The notes below the pieces were generated by a model. The model had not been told where the DNA came from. It searched no databases and worked only from the letters and a program-made list of their open reading frames with translations. A DNA stretch of 63,061 nucleotides, filler included, from Sphacelaria rigidula (taxonomy: Eukaryota): assembly GCA_964200075.2 (NCBI GenBank). It is 10 parts of 10 records of this genome, joined end to end, with 100 filler letters (N's around TTAATTAATTAA, not from the genome) between each part and the next. Parts side by side here need not be neighbours in the genome. Positions count along the whole stretch, not along the records: positions 1 to 6,217 come from CAXNAA020021448.1; positions 6,318 to 12,534 come from CAXNAA020021449.1; positions 12,635 to 18,851 come from CAXNAA020021450.1; 7 more parts are not named here. One strand, given 5' to 3'. Positions within the stretch are counted from its first letter, which is position 1. Each line of letters opens with the position of its first letter. Of the stretch, positions 1-12,689 are shown piece by piece. A program made the position numbers and the translations under genes.

Positions 1-439
1 TGGTGAAAAAACTAAGGACAACAAAAACAAGAGCCCCCCCCCCCCCCCCCCCCCCCTTCCCACTGACGATCCTTCGGGAACGTCTCTAATACTCATCGCC
101 CGGGTCGTGAAGTCTACACAAAAGCAAGACACAACACCACGGCGAACACGCCGGGGCGGAGGTGGTAGTTCTCTTCGGGGCCCGTTCGTGCGCGCGCTTG
201 GCGGACAAGGCGGAGCGTCAGTGCTACTGAGGCACATGGGTTTCTCGGGAAGCGACACTCTGCCCTACCTCTCGTCGAGTACCCGCCTCTCGTCAGATGG
301 AAGAAGTGGGTTAACGAGATGTTGGCAGCGCATGAAATACACCGCCGCAGCAGCATCAATGTATCACAATATGGCGCCTAAGCCGATATCTTAGTGTGTT
401 TGTCATCGGTGACACGAGTCTCCGACATACAGGAGATTT

Positions 440-880
440 TACGCTGATGACTGGACCAATACATAGCACTACTACTACCAGTGGATCCTCACCCAAGATA
501 CTGGCATCCGAGCAGTCAGGGTGTGTTCAAGGGCACTGCCGCTACTCTCCCAACGCCTCTGTCCGCCATTTTTAGGCGAGTGGTACGCGCGACCATTGCT
601 TTATACCTGCGAACTTGAACCAAAGAATCTTGGAAGACAGATCTCTGCCGCCACATACGGAGACTGTACTTCATCGCCGCCGCCCGTACCCGATGCGCCG
701 TAACCTGTACAAAAGCGCGTCTGGTGTGTGAACATTGGGATGCACGTGCGCCCATCGCACGCCCAAGGAACGAGCTAGGAACTGGACATCACTATTTATG
801 GCATGCGCTTGCTCCGAATACAGGCAGGTTGTTGCTCGAATCGCGTGTCCAGGATCAGGGGCTTGGTACAATCACGATCA
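440..880 (-). mobile_element. Possible highly decayed non-LTR retrotransposon ORF2 C-terminal relic
   Basis: A stop-interrupted minus frame reads ILWFKFAGIKQWSRVPLA*KWRTEALGE*RQCP*THPDCSDASILGEDP, loosely like the R-x-C-P..C..ED zinc-knuckle end of LINE ORF2. Weak, by eye. Confidence 0.25.
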
Positions 881-1510
881 TACTGCCCATGGATCCTCAA
901 ACGGTTGCCGTACAGTAAGAACCAGCTCGCAGCCAGCAGCGACTGCCCCATGCATCCTACACCCCGCCAAAATGACAGGGATGCATCGTACAGTCGAAAG
1001 CGCACTACTAGTCGTACATTATAGTGTAGGGTGAGGCAACCTCTACCTCACACTACATTATGTCAATAATATCCGAATGATCGGTGACATACTCTTTAAG
1101 CGAAGTACCCAGTCCACGTAAGAACTGGAGGGTTGACTCAATATACTCCACGTGCGAACTGCCTCACCAGACCAGCGAGGTCGAACGCAGCAGCTTGTGA
1201 ATATGGCCACCCGTACAATGAAAACAGTGCACTTTATACAGCAGCGGGAGGGACGATAGAGCATGGTCTCTCTCCATTGGAGTATCCGATGTGCCTGCAG
1301 TGCGTCTTTTTTCTCTCTCAGTTTTCCGCTCCTTCTCATGATTCTACTGCTGATACACACTCATGTACCCGAACGCAGGGGTACGCTCGTCGTGGCCCTC
1401 TCTCGGAGGGAACATCATGCAGCCGATCGCTGCTGGGGGCTCATAGGTGATAGGAACAGGAGCATGGGAGGAGGAGGGGAGAGACAGGCTCGCCCATTCG
1501 TGTTCATACT

Positions 1511-1846
1511 TGTGTTGTGTGCGTTGTCACCCCATCTATTCTGGATGCCTGCGTACACCTTTCGGTGTATGTAGATGTACCAGCCGAGGTGACACAGGAG
1601 GAAGGCAAATGAGTTTTTTAGTCATCGTTTGAGGATTCCACTTTCTTTCTGAAACGAAAATAGTTTCAGCGGTCCCTTTCTGTCGTCAACCATGACACCG
1701 AACTTTGTGTACCCACGACAGTCATTCCCCACTGTTAGACATCATGCGAGAAAAATCCCGGATCGTGTGAATTCACTGAGACTCGAATCTACGTCCCAAC
1801 CGTTGGAAGGTTTCGAGGATACCAACCGATCCACCGGGGGATCGGC
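1511..1846 (-). mobile_element. tRNA-derived SINE family A, copy 1
   Basis: Reverse complement has the head CCCCGGTGGATCGGTTGG...AGATTCGAGTC (A/B-box-like), the shared body and the 3' tail CCAGAATAGATGGGGTGACAAC(AC)n. Homologous to 2326-2672, 16680-17044 and 53132-53483. Confidence 0.8.
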
Positions 1847-2325
1847 TGTAGTCGGCCCTCTGAATTGGTGGTGTCGTCGAACAGTGAAAGTCCTCGCCCA
1901 TACGCTGTAGCAGTCCACCGATAAACAAGTGCGCGACATTGCATATGAGACGAAAGCGGCCATTAATGGCAGCTTCCAACAACAGATATCGATTGAATGC
2001 GCCTTGCCAAATTGATCTGTCTGTCGTTTGCGTCATTCATTTCGAGACTGCTTCTTCGATTATAGAGTAGAAGAAATTGAGTTGATCCGGGAGAACTCAC
2101 CATATCTGAGATATTTCAAATAATTTATCAAACGAAGTGAAGAATCGAGGAGTGGTGTGATCTGCGGTTCACGGATCGGACGGAATATCAATAATTCGCT
2201 TGGGAATGTTGGAGAAGATTGGCGGATAGCGACGAATTATTGGTCACGAGCGGATTTTGCTATTGATCCTGAAGAAGGACACGTGCACCATGCACCATTG
2301 CGGGAGAACACGTGCGTAAGGTTGA

Positions 2326-2672
2326 TGGTCGCTGAGTTGGTAACCTCGGGACACATAGACGGTTGTGTCGTGGGTTCGAATCTCGGTGAAGTCACACGAT
2401 TTTGTTTTTGTCTACACCGTGCCCAACAGTGGAGAGCGACCATGTCGTGGGTACACAAAATTCGACTTCACGGTCGACGAGGGGACGGGACCACTAAACC
2501 CCTCTCGCGATAAAAAAGAAGGCAAGTACCGCAGAAGGAAGGTAGAGTACTAGAATAAAAAAAAAATGAAACTCCTGTGTTGGCCTTCCCCTTGTGTGAC
2601 CCCAGCTGATGCGCCCACATACACCGAAATATGTAGACGGACGTCCAGAATAAATGGGATGGCAACAACACA
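2326..2672 (+). mobile_element. tRNA-derived SINE family A, copy 2
   Basis: GCTGAGTTGGTAACCTCGG...GTGGGTTCGAATC head (Pol III A and B boxes), ~250 bp body, tail CGTCCAGAATAAATGGGATGGCAACAACAC. Confidence 0.85.
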
Positions 2673-2739
2673 GTACATCGCAGTCCATTTATTCCACATT
2701 CCGAAGATGATTGAACCAATTTCGATACTAAAGAAACGA

Positions 2740-4076
2740 TTTTATGTGGCAGGAGCTGGCCCGAGCTGGTATTCCGCATGAGATGAGAGCAGCTATCCGC
2801 CAATTCCACGATGGCATGCAGGCCCGCGTACGCATGGACGTCGGCGAGCTCTCGGAGTGCTTCGAGGTAACACAGGGTCTGCGGCAAGGGTGTGTGTTGT
2901 CTCCGCTGCTGGTCACCAGTTTCTTCGCAGCGGTGCTCGAACTAGTTCTCGTGCGATCCAACGAGGACGACATCGTCCCTAAGGACATGGTATATCTCGA
3001 CGAGGAGACGGGGAGGGGGGCAGAGAGACCTCTGGAACGCGTACGGAGAGAGGTAGGTTATATGCCGACAACGCCGGCGTCGTCTCGAGATCCCTCGACG
3101 GCCTAACGAGGATGATGGCCGTTGAAGTGGACGTGTTCGGGGCCTTTGGAATGATGGTGTCGGAGAACAAGCCGGAAACTTCCCTGATGCGAGTACCGGA
3201 GAACCACCACAGAAGGGGGATTTACGAACACAAACTCGTCCGCCACTGGTCATCGAAGCAGCGGGCCAGAAGTACACGTAGACCATCCGGCTCCGATACT
3301 TGAGCGGGCTCGTCAACGAAGATGGTGAACTCATACAAAAAATCAACAACCGCGTCAGGAACTTCTCCCGAGAGCTCTTTGACCGACCGGGAGCCCCGTA
3401 GAGACTCAAGGTCCGACTGCTGAAAGCGGAGGCGATGAAGGCCTTACTGTACGGATGTATGACGCGGGCCCCGCGCCGCGGGCACTACAAGTTGCTGAGA
3501 AGGATATGCTACCGGCTCTTCCTGCCAGTTATCGGGTACGACCGCGTGCGTCGCACATGCCGACGTCTTTCGCGAGCCCAGACCCTCGAGAAGATCGGAT
3601 GCAAGCGCTGCAGCCATCGTCTGCCATCGGAGACTGCTGATAGCCGTAGCCCTGGCTAGACAACCGGACGGACGACTACCGAAGCGACTGGCATTCGGAA
3701 CACTCTTGGGGGGGGGGCAGGACCCAGGACCAGGGTTCCCGGAGAAAAACTGGCTGATATACCTAAGGGACGATCTCCAAGCTTTCGGAGTCACAGACGA
3801 CTCTACAGACTACAACCAGCAAACGTTCGGAGTGGACAGCGTCCTTTGGTCCTCAGCAGCGAAGAAGGAGGGCGGGGTCCCGTGGCACGCAGGGATGCTG
3901 CAGGGAGTGGAGAGGTTTATGAGCTCATGGCACGAGGATGGAGAGGAAGCCAGCCGAATACGTACGATGAAACGGACTTCAAGAAAATCAGCGCAACGGT
4001 GACGATGGCTCCGAGCAGTGGGGGGGGGGGAAGACACGGGAATGAGCAAAAAAAGGTCAAAACTGAGGATACCGAT
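2740..4076 (+). mobile_element. RTE-clade-like LINE relic (5'-truncated, frameshifted reverse transcriptase); continues after the MITE at about 4318-4830
   Basis: RT motifs FEVTQGLRQGCVLSPLL and YADN (3061-3072, degenerate YADD), then LFDRPGAP*RLKVRLLKAEAMKALLYGC and RLPKRLAFGTL, typical of the RTE ORF C-terminal half. Multiple frameshifts and stops. Confidence 0.9.
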
Positions 4077-4317
4077 GACACTTTCTACAATAGCCCCCCC
4101 CCCAAAAAAAAAGACCACCCCAAAGTGTCACGAAAAAAATGTTCATACAGCGCCTGATGTTTGGGTTCAGGCTGTGCATGAACCGCCTCATATGGGCGAC
4201 ATTGGCGAGAACGAACCCAAGCGTGGAAACTCCCAGCTGCTCGTTGTGCTCGGCTTTTCCCAATTCGATTTACGTTAAGATTTGGCCTTTGGGGGGGAGG
4301 CTATCGTAGAAAGTGTC
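4077..4317. mobile_element. MITE, GACAC-TIR family, copy 1 (inserted in the RTE relic)
   Basis: TIRs GACACTTTCTACAATAGCCCC / GGCTATCGTAGAAAGTGTC; flanks CGAT / CAAT; core shared with 5476-5752 and 25907-26159. Confidence 0.88.
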
Positions 4318-5074
4318 CAATGTGTCGTGTCGAGGAGAGCAGGAGGGAGATGGCAGAACGTGTAACTAGATTGTACCAGACTGAAGAATGAGGCAGAAAT
4401 ACACACCATCCCCCCATGTATTTCTATTTCGTGCTAATTTCTTCCTTTGATTGTTCGCTCCCCCCGATGTGGTGTGTTGCCATGTGGCGCTCTCCTTGTT
4501 ATGTCCAGCATACACGCACATACGTCTGTCCCTCAAGTGTATGCGTACGGTGGGTGTACCTAGCCGGTGAAAATCCGACATGAAATATTCCAGCATAATG
4601 AAGACTGTGGGGTACCGTGTCTCTAGTACCGTGTCTTCGGTCGGTCTTCTGATTGAGTTTGCAAGTATCATGTGTACCCCCCGCCCCCTCTAGACCCCCC
4701 AGGCGTGTGTAGACATGAGTGAGGGAAGCATAGCCGAATCAACTCCGGCGGGCAATACACCCCAGCTCCGGCCTAGTAGAGGGTACAAGGATAGAACCAT
4801 ACGGTTCTTATCGCTATTGTGAGTGATATTTGGTGCCTGAGTTTGGCTCTATTTCTGCTTTAGCTTCACGTGTCGAGCGGGAACATTGGGCTCTGCCTCC
4901 AGTAGTCCGAATGGTCGCCGACGGCACCGGACCTTATGAGATCAACAGCATTTCTTCATGTTTATGCAGCGCGCCTGTGTTGATTTTTCTGGGTCCTATT
5001 TTTTTTTCATTGTTTGAAATTTCAGTACAGCTTACTTTGAGTACGAGTAGTTAACCTGTGACCACAGAAGGCGT

Positions 5075-5165
5075 CCGCATCTGATGCCCAATACGGCAAC
5101 AGAAGTACTACGCAGACATCGGAACGGTTTTTCCAGTCAAGACAACAGCAACAACAGCAAAAACG
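5075..5165. repeat. Dispersed repeat end shared (inverted) with 50350-50431
   Basis: TGCCCAATACG...ATCGGAACGGTTTTTC...AAGACAACAGCAACAAC matches the reverse complement of GTTGTTGTCTTCACATGAAAAACCGTTCCGAT...CGTACTGGGCA on another contig. Confidence 0.7.
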
Positions 5166-5475
5166 GCTTCTCATGCATGGGATTTCGGTTCTGCACATTA
5201 GTGCGCAGGCGTGAATGTCCCCTACAAGTATGTCGATCCGATATATCGCAATTACGGTGTGAATTCGATTGTGCCATGTGGCCAACCCAACTGCTGCTAT
5301 GGACTCCTCGTTGGATCCAGGTTCCGTACCCTGACAAGGCTCCATATCGTGACACTATTACCGTGGCTCCGCGTGTACCCATGGATGCGTGCTAGGCAAA
5401 AAAATAGTCGTTTGGGCAAACAAGTCTGATCTAGTGGAAGAAATGGGGGCGATTCTCGAACAACTCATGTCTGAG

Positions 5476-5752
5476 GACACTTTCTACGATAGCCCCCCCC
5501 CAAAACCAGCTCAAAAGTGTCACGAAAAAAATGGCCATACAGCGCCCGATGTTTGGGTTCAGGCTGCATGAAGCACCTCATACTGGCAACATTGACTAGA
5601 ACGAATCCAAGCGTGGGAACTCCCAGCTTCTCGTTGTGCTCGGTTTTTCTCATTCCAATTTACTTGAAGATTTTGCCTCCCAAAACCATGCACTTTTTTG
5701 GGGGGGGGCGTACTCATGCACTTTTTGGGGAGGGGCTATCGTGGAAAGTGTC
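5476..5752. mobile_element. MITE, GACAC-TIR family, copy 2
   Basis: TIRs GACACTTTCTACGATAGCCCC / GGGGCTATCGTGGAAAGTGTC; perfect 4-bp flanking duplication TGAG / TGAG. Confidence 0.9.
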
Positions 5753-6094
5753 TGAGAAGTTGTCCTTGTCGGATAAAAGTCCGACCACGAGACAAGCTGG
5801 GGGTACGAAATATCGGGAAAGTGACCTGGATCATCTCGCAGAGAGCAGGTCTTTCCGAGGTGGCACAATCCGGCGAACCCCGGTTTCGAGCATAATCGGC
5901 GCCAAATCGCCAGGATAGGAAGAGCTGTATTTTCCACAACTCAAGCACGTAAATACTATATACGTAGACGCCGTATCATGTGTCTTTGCAATACCTCCAT
6001 CACATCTATAATACCTATTTTCCACTCGATCGACGAAGTAGACCGTACGCATGTGCTTCAATTTTTCTAGATGCCTTCCTCCCCCTCCCCTATA

Positions 6095-6217
6095 TTTTGG
6101 CGGTAACCATGATGGTAGTCGAGCTAGATCATCTTGTGCGGCGTAGGAGAACCCCAACTCCGCACAAAGGGAATGGTCGCACTACGTAGTGTTTAAATGG
6201 TGAGACATCTATGAGGC
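6095..6217 (+). repeat. Dispersed repeat shared with 46396-46518
   Basis: GCGGTAAC(C/G)ATGATGGT(A/G)GTCGAGCT(A/G)GATCAT...AAATGGTGAGACATC is collinear in two different contigs. Confidence 0.8.
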
Positions 6218-6317
6218 NNNNNNNNNNNNNNNNNNNNNNNNNNNNNNNNNNNNNNNNNNNNTTAATTAATTAANNNNNNNNNNNNNNNNNNNNNNNNNNN
6301 NNNNNNNNNNNNNNNNN
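6218..6317. other. Artificial contig-joining spacer (first of nine; others at 12535-12634, 18852-18951, 25168-25267, 31484-31583, 37800-37899, 44116-44215, 50432-50531, 56747-56846)
   Basis: Identical N44-TTAATTAATTAA-N44 blocks with stops in all six frames. The flanked segments decrease monotonically in length (6217, 6217, 6217, 6216 x5, 6215, 6215), as expected for size-sorted unplaced contigs. Confidence 0.98.
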
Positions 6318-7129
6318 GGTGTCGTCGTCGGTTTCCGTGGGCGTGTGGTGGGGGAGCGGGTGGCGGGTGTGGGGGGGGGGTCTTACTTGCGATCGACACT
6401 TCGACGCACGCACCTCCGACCCAATTACACTATATCGTTACTGCGGCGCCGCTAGATCTGCGGTGGATTTGCTGCATCACAATTGCTCAAAAAACCCACA
6501 CGGGGCATTGTAGGAGAAAGCTTTTGGATGCCATGCCCATCGTAGGCCCGTACGTGACGATGGTGGAGATTCCCGGCGGAGGGGTGGGAGGGGCTGTGTC
6601 ATGTTCGTTTTTTTAAAAAGCAGACCCACGTTCGCCCGGAGTTGTCTCGTTGGGTAGAAGTCGAGATACTGAGCAAGAGACATTTTGATTGGCCCTCCTG
6701 GCACTGAAGCTCAGGTTGATGATACACACGTGTAGTCGATTCGTGTTCATTCCGGCCTTCTCTATTGAAAAAAGTCAAGGGGGTCTCTTTTGATAAGATT
6801 CATGTAAAGCTTCATTTCCTCATCCCAGCGAATCATCACGTGACATTCAATTTGATGTGAAGCACGTATGTAGGAATAAATATGACGATGTCCTGGACAA
6901 AACGTCGGACACCACTATTGATTCTTTTATGGGTTTTCACAACGATTTTTTGCGGAGAGCAAAAAGCTTCGAACTCGAGATGATGGATCGCGGGAGAGTT
7001 GTACGCTACGTCGCACAAGGTGCTGAATTAGCAACAGGGAATTATCCCGCCTGTCATGTTTTTTCCGCGGTTGTGCGCATCCTCAAAGTCTTACCGTTAC
7101 TCCGTTCCTCCCGTGCGAATTTTCTGCAG

Positions 7130-8000
7130 CAGCAGCTCTGGTGATTCCAAAACCAGCAGCCAAAGGAGAAGCTCTGGCCACAGCCGATCTCGATCCGCCC
7201 GCAGCCTAGGGATTGGTGGTGGCGGTGCTCCGTTCTACGGTGGCTCTAGGCACGGCGGCCCGGGCGGCCACGGTGGCGGCGGCGGCGGCGGTGGCCACAA
7301 CGGCGCCATGCTCGGGATGGGTGGACCGGGGGGTATGCCAATGCCCATGGGCATGGGAATGCACACAATGCACATGGGCGGCCCGATGCACATGGGGAGC
7401 CCCGTGCATGTCGGGAGTCCCATGGCGATGGGCAGTCCTATGGGGATCGGTGGAGGCGGAATGAAAGACTACGCGTCCATGGCATCACCGCCGAGAGAGT
7501 CCTTCCAAATACGGGGCCCCGCGGGGATGATGGGCGGCGGTGGAGGGGTAGGAGGCCTAGGTGGGCACGGAGGCGGTCGAGGCTTCATGGCATCGGCGAT
7601 ACATCAAAATGGAGGCCCGATTCCGAGACCGATCCCTCCTATCAACAAAAAAAAAGATTACGCAAGCCTGGCGGGCGGTAGCGGTAGTAGTACCGGTCCT
7701 GGGGACTCGTTCGTTGATAGACGAGGCGGCGGTGGGTATGTGGAACAGGCGCACCAGAGGGACGTGCGGAGAGCTGGAAGGACGCTCGACGCGGCGATGA
7801 GCGGGCGGCAGTCGGACGCGCCTTCCAGAGGTGTCGGCGGTGGGAGTTCAGGAGGTCATGGCGGGAGGTTCGATCGTGGCGGGGGCAATCAGTCGCCGCC
7901 ATCCCCGCCACCTGGACGGGATCAGTTCGGGCGCGAGAGGGACTGGCGGAACAGCGTGGCAAACGGGCGGCGAACGGGGGCTTCGCCTCCTACCAGCCAG
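7130..8000 (+). CDS. Internal exon of an uncharacterised Gly/Ser/Arg-rich (RS/RG-type) protein
   Basis: Open frame with a pyrimidine tract and a CAG|CAGCAG tandem acceptor; donor CAG|GTACTT (phase 0); SRSRS, GM-rich and RGG-like composition. Confidence 0.75.
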
Positions 8001-8720
8001 GTACTTACGTCTTGATGTGTGCATGAATGTATACATACATCACGGAGTTTATAATATACGCAGGAGGCGCGACTTTTGCTGCCCATGAAGTCTCATTGCC
8101 GCTTTGTGTCGTCAAAATTGTCTTGTGGTGCCGAAGTCGAATTGCGAGGGTAGATGGGTGTGTCGTGTGTGCTTGATCGCCTGCCTATCTTTATTCGGTT
8201 AAGGTGTGCTCGTCCGAGTCCCGGATAGGGGGAGCGCTTTGGTAACCTCAAGCCTTGTGTTTTCCATTGACTCGTTAGTGTTCATTGTTGTGTATGTTTT
8301 TCGAAAGTTGCGAGATTTGGATAAAACCGAAAACAAGGTTTTGGTGCCGAGCGAACGAGGCGTGAAAGCGGCTCCACACTGCACGCATATTGTACGCTTG
8401 GTTTTTCAGAGTCGCACAAAAGACGCTATACAACCAAGATTTCACCTGACCCTTTGTTGCTGCACAGTTTGTTTCTGGCGATCTTTAACTGAAATAATAT
8501 CAATTACATGAACCAGGAACAAAAAATACCAAAATGCTTGCATTCTCATACATGGAAACCGATCGATGTGCGTCTCACAGTCAAGGTTTCCCATGCATAC
8601 TAGCCGTGATCTAAGCCCTATCCATCACGACCCTGAAAACGTAATGGTGGACCCTCCAGCTCACCCTGGCTGGCCCCTAACCCCGTGTTTTTGCCCGTTA
8701 CTCGGTTCATCAGCCACTAG

Positions 8721-9146
8721 CCCGTGACCACCCATGTACGGGTAGCGCTTGAACCCTACCTCACGTCTATAACCGACCTCGACGTCCTTGTCCATTATAT
8801 GCTACGCCAGCCGCCAGTAGTTCGCAGCCCCGGGCCGGTAGTTCGCGGTTCCGGGTTCGGAACCTTCTCCATTGGTCAAGCAGTGTCGTTAAGCGGCGGT
8901 AGCAGCAGTAAGGTTGGGAGCGGGGGGGGGGCTCTGATGGGCGCTTCAAGTACCGCAAAGGCCCGAACTTCGGCTGCGTCATCCCTGGCTTCCGTGAACC
9001 GCGATAGTCGGAGTCCTTCTCGAGGACTTGGAGGCGGTGGGAGGGTGGAGACGGGGGGAGAAGCGACGGCAGCTGAGGAAGGCGCTGTGTTCACACGGAC
9101 GGAGTTGAACCGAGATGACTCGAAGCTGGAACAACATCGGAGACAG
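8721..9146 (+). CDS. Internal exon of the same gene (PVTTHVRVALEPYLTSITDLDVLVHYML...)
   Basis: Acceptor CTAG|CCC and donor CAG|GTGTTT, both phase 0, compatible with the flanking exons. Confidence 0.7.
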
Positions 9147-10438
9147 GTGTTTTTTTATTTCTCCTCTAATTTTATTTCACCTCTTGTAATCATATGCTTC
9201 TTGTAAAAAAACTTCGTGATGTACGTCCTGAGGTATTTCACTTTTTCTTCAAGCCTCCAAAACCATCCTTTCCCTCTCTCTTATCGCAGTTCTCTCGTTT
9301 ACCGTAAAAGTGCCAGCCATGGCACAGTATAATCTCTTTTTAGAACTCTCACTTGCGTTTTATCGCTTCCCTGTGCGATGATTCCAACCCATGCGTGGAA
9401 GTCGAACTAAGTAATTTGGTCTACAATTTTAGTGCACACCCTCGTGATGACTCCGATACGTCCTATTCTGGATAGTCACACCACCGGTGATACTGGTGTT
9501 TTGAACCATGCTCAATGAAGAACTGTGATTTTATTATAAACTTCCTCCTTCCAGCGTGTGGACCTGCAATACACACGGCGGTGAAGCCCTGATGATTCAC
9601 AGCGAGAAAAACGAACTGCGACAAAGCTCTGCAGCTCAGTATGTGCCCGGGGTGACACGCGACAGCGCGCAAGCTCACGCCCGAAAATGGAATCTTTGTC
9701 GGAGTCATCACACCCCCACCTCTGTGCGATGACTGCGACCCCTGTGCGAAAACCGAATCAAAACGTTGCTTACGTGGACCATGATCGTGTGCGATGACTC
9801 CGACCCCATTGCGAAAACCGAATCAAATCGTTACTATCATAACTTGGGTTGCTATCAGGTGCGATAGCCCCGACCTTTGCGATCAACCTGACCTGAGAGA
9901 TCACTCGCACTTTCACGTTGTCTATCCGCCTCTCCTTCGGTCTTCTGCTTTTTTTTTCTTGTCGTTGGCCCTTCGTATGATTTGTTGTAGCAATTTTGGT
10001 AGACAGGGGTGCCGGAGTAAATTTCTTCGACTACTAACTAACTCGATCTATTTCCGTTGATGAAGAATAATCAGAAATTGAATTGTTTCGTCTCGATCAT
10101 AACACGGAGACAGTGTAGCCATTACGTCCTCCTTATTTTTTGAACACTCGAATTCCGTTGCCTACCGTACAGATTTTCTCGGGACTTTTCACCAATTTCA
10201 TTGCGTGAAGGTGAATATGTGTTGAGGCCTGCGAACTGAGGGAAAATATGTTCGTACACGTGCACGCGCCGTTCGCTGGCTGTCGATTTCGGACTGAGCG
10301 AGAATGAAGAATATCCTGTTTATCCTGTAACCGTCGATCTCGAGATTTTTTGCGTCTTCCAGTGGAGGGTTTGTGATGCCCACCCTTCCAACCAAAAAAC
10401 AAAGCACCCTTACCTTCCTGCATTACCTCTTTTAGCAG

Positions 10439-10543
10439 CTGGGAGTCAACGCCACCGAATTCGTCTACATTGTTCGTGTGCTTTTCAAAGCGCCCATGGA
10501 AGGTTTGTTAGCGTTGGGCACTGGATCGTGGTACAAACAGCAG
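10439..10543 (+). CDS. Short internal exon of the same gene (LGVNATEFVYIVRVLFKAPMEGLLALGTGSWYKQQ)
   Basis: CCTCTTTTAGCAG| acceptor, CAG|GTGATT donor, 105 nt, phase 0-0. Not in the ORF track. Confidence 0.6.
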
Positions 10544-10679
10544 GTGATTGAAGAAAGCAGCGTGTATTGCCAAAACTTTCACATTTACGTACGTGCCACT
10601 ATGACGCCTCATTGTTTAACCGAAACACATTTAATTGTGTCGTAAGTATGCAGAATGACATTTTTCTTCTCTAATGAAG

Positions 10680-10973
10680 CCGGATCATGTGAAAATGCGC
10701 TTCCGGCGGGGCACTCCCTTCGGGGCACCTCCGGCAGGGCTTCGCCACGTACCCAAGATACTAGCAAGGATCCAGTGTACCACCTGGTTGTGCCAGTACC
10801 CAGCCCTCACGCTTGAATTTATTGAGTCTCTGAGTGCGTGGGGTAGGATGAGAGAAGATAAGGCTCGCTACATACACCACGCCGTGCGGACGGCACAGCG
10901 GCAAGCGGGTATCGCGTATCCAGCCAACACAAGTAGGAATAATGAAGGGTGTCATTTCATGTCAGTGCAGACA
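10680..10973 (+). CDS. Internal exon of the same gene (PDHVKMRF...FMSVQT)
   Basis: TTTTTCTTCTCTAATGAAG| acceptor, ACA|GTAAGG donor, phase 0-0, open frame. Confidence 0.55.
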
Positions 10974-11401
10974 GTAAGGGTGTGCGTCAAGCTCCAAAGG
11001 TCAGCCTCATACGAGGCATATCTCGTAATAAGCGATGGTGTATGAAACATAAACTCCGGATAACTTTTATGTAATTCACCAAAATCTGTCTGGTATGATG
11101 AGCGATATCGTGATCATATCGGTATCGGCTGATACCGGGTGCATATCCCTATAATAGCTGACAGCTAGCTTCGTTTCAATGAACATTCATCTTATTTTTT
11201 TGTCCCGTTTTTAGCTATTCGTCGGCCGTGGGTATCACAGCGTCCAGTTCCAGAGGCCAAATTCCCATCCTTCCACAGAAGAGGGCGCAGTTTAGGGAGT
11301 AGATAACGACCCGCGGTTCAAATCACCCCCTCCCTCCCCCCCCACCCCGTCTACACGCTGGCCGCCGTTATTGATGACACGGGAAAATAACGGAACATCA
11401 G

Positions 11402-12417
11402 GGGTCACCATCGTTAGAACGACAGCGTAGGGGACTAAGCTCAGATTCGAGAAATTGCCGAGGAGACAGGGACGCCAACAGTAGCTTGCGTAGGCGCCGC
11501 GCCAGCAGCAGCAGCAGTAGTAGCCCCGCCCGCAGTAGTGACAGACGCAGAAGGCAACGGCGGGAAAGCGATAGGAACGGCCAGCCACCATCTCCTAGGC
11601 GATCCCGGGATGAATGTCAGGTTTTGTCAGAAGTAGGAGGAGGGAAGCACGATAGCAACCGTGATGGTCGGGGCCCCGCCGCTGAACGAGGAGGGCGAGA
11701 AGTAGAAAGTAGCAGTAGAAGCGTTCAGGAAAATGTGGGTTCTGGTTCGGGAGGGGCGACAGCAGCGACAGGAGCTTCATCGTCATCAAAGGGTCACTCT
11801 GTTGGTGAAGGCAGTGGTGGTACGAAAAACGCAAGCGGCAACGGCACGGTCGGAAACAATCGAGGAGCTCCCGCTTCTTCACATCACTCTACCCTCAACG
11901 GTAGCTCGAGCACCAGCAAGAGTGGCTCGCCGAAAAGCGGAGGTGTTTCGGGCCCTGGCGCGGGGACAGGAACTCTGGCGGGTCTCGCTGCTTCCACCGG
12001 TGCCGGCAGTGGAAACAAGAGCCCTGCCCGACGTGGTAGCGGCGCCCTGGCGAACGGGAATGGAGCAACGACCAATGGGGGAGCACCCCTCAGAGAGCGC
12101 GCGGAACGCCCTGAGCGTGTGGAGCGTGTGGAGCGTGAGCGTGCCCTTCCTGGCGATCTCCCTGGTGATCGCAGCGATCGGCCGCGGCCGTCAAAACCTC
12201 GTCTGGGGCTGGGTCAAGGCCTTCTGTCTAGGAGTAGAGGGATTGGCGGCGTGGGCGGCGGCGGCGGCGAGGGCGACTCGCAGCCGAGGGACAGGGAAGG
12301 AGATGTTAGCAGCGGAGGTGGGGGGTGGAATAGTAGCAAGCGTGACGGGAGTTACCGCGGCAGCCGAGGTGTTGTGCGAGAGCGAGATAGGCCGGACTCC
12401 CCGAGGGATCGTGGGAG
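11402..12417 (+). CDS. Large Ser/Gly/Arg-rich internal exon of the same gene
   Basis: The first AG after a C-rich AG-free tract is at 11400-11401 (phase 0). Open frame with RER/RDR repeats; strong donor AG|GTAAGA. Confidence 0.7.
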
Positions 12418-12689
12418 GTAAGAATGGGAGGTATTATCGCACTTTTCACGTTTTTCGGCACACTTTTGCTCCTCACGCCCCTCCACGCCCCCACCCCCCC
12501 CCCCCCCTCCTCCCTCGCCCGCCCCCCTTCTCCGNNNNNNNNNNNNNNNNNNNNNNNNNNNNNNNNNNNNNNNNNNNNTTAATTAATTAANNNNNNNNNN
12601 NNNNNNNNNNNNNNNNNNNNNNNNNNNNNNNNNNCACCGCACCCCCCACAGGACCACACCACGACAAATCACCCAACAGCCCAACATCA

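Noticed and set aside
2326..2400. Functional tRNA genes at the SINE heads (also about 16975-17044, 53420-53483)
   Set aside because: A/B boxes are present but no complete acceptor stem or cloverleaf, and each is fused to the same repeat body and tail.
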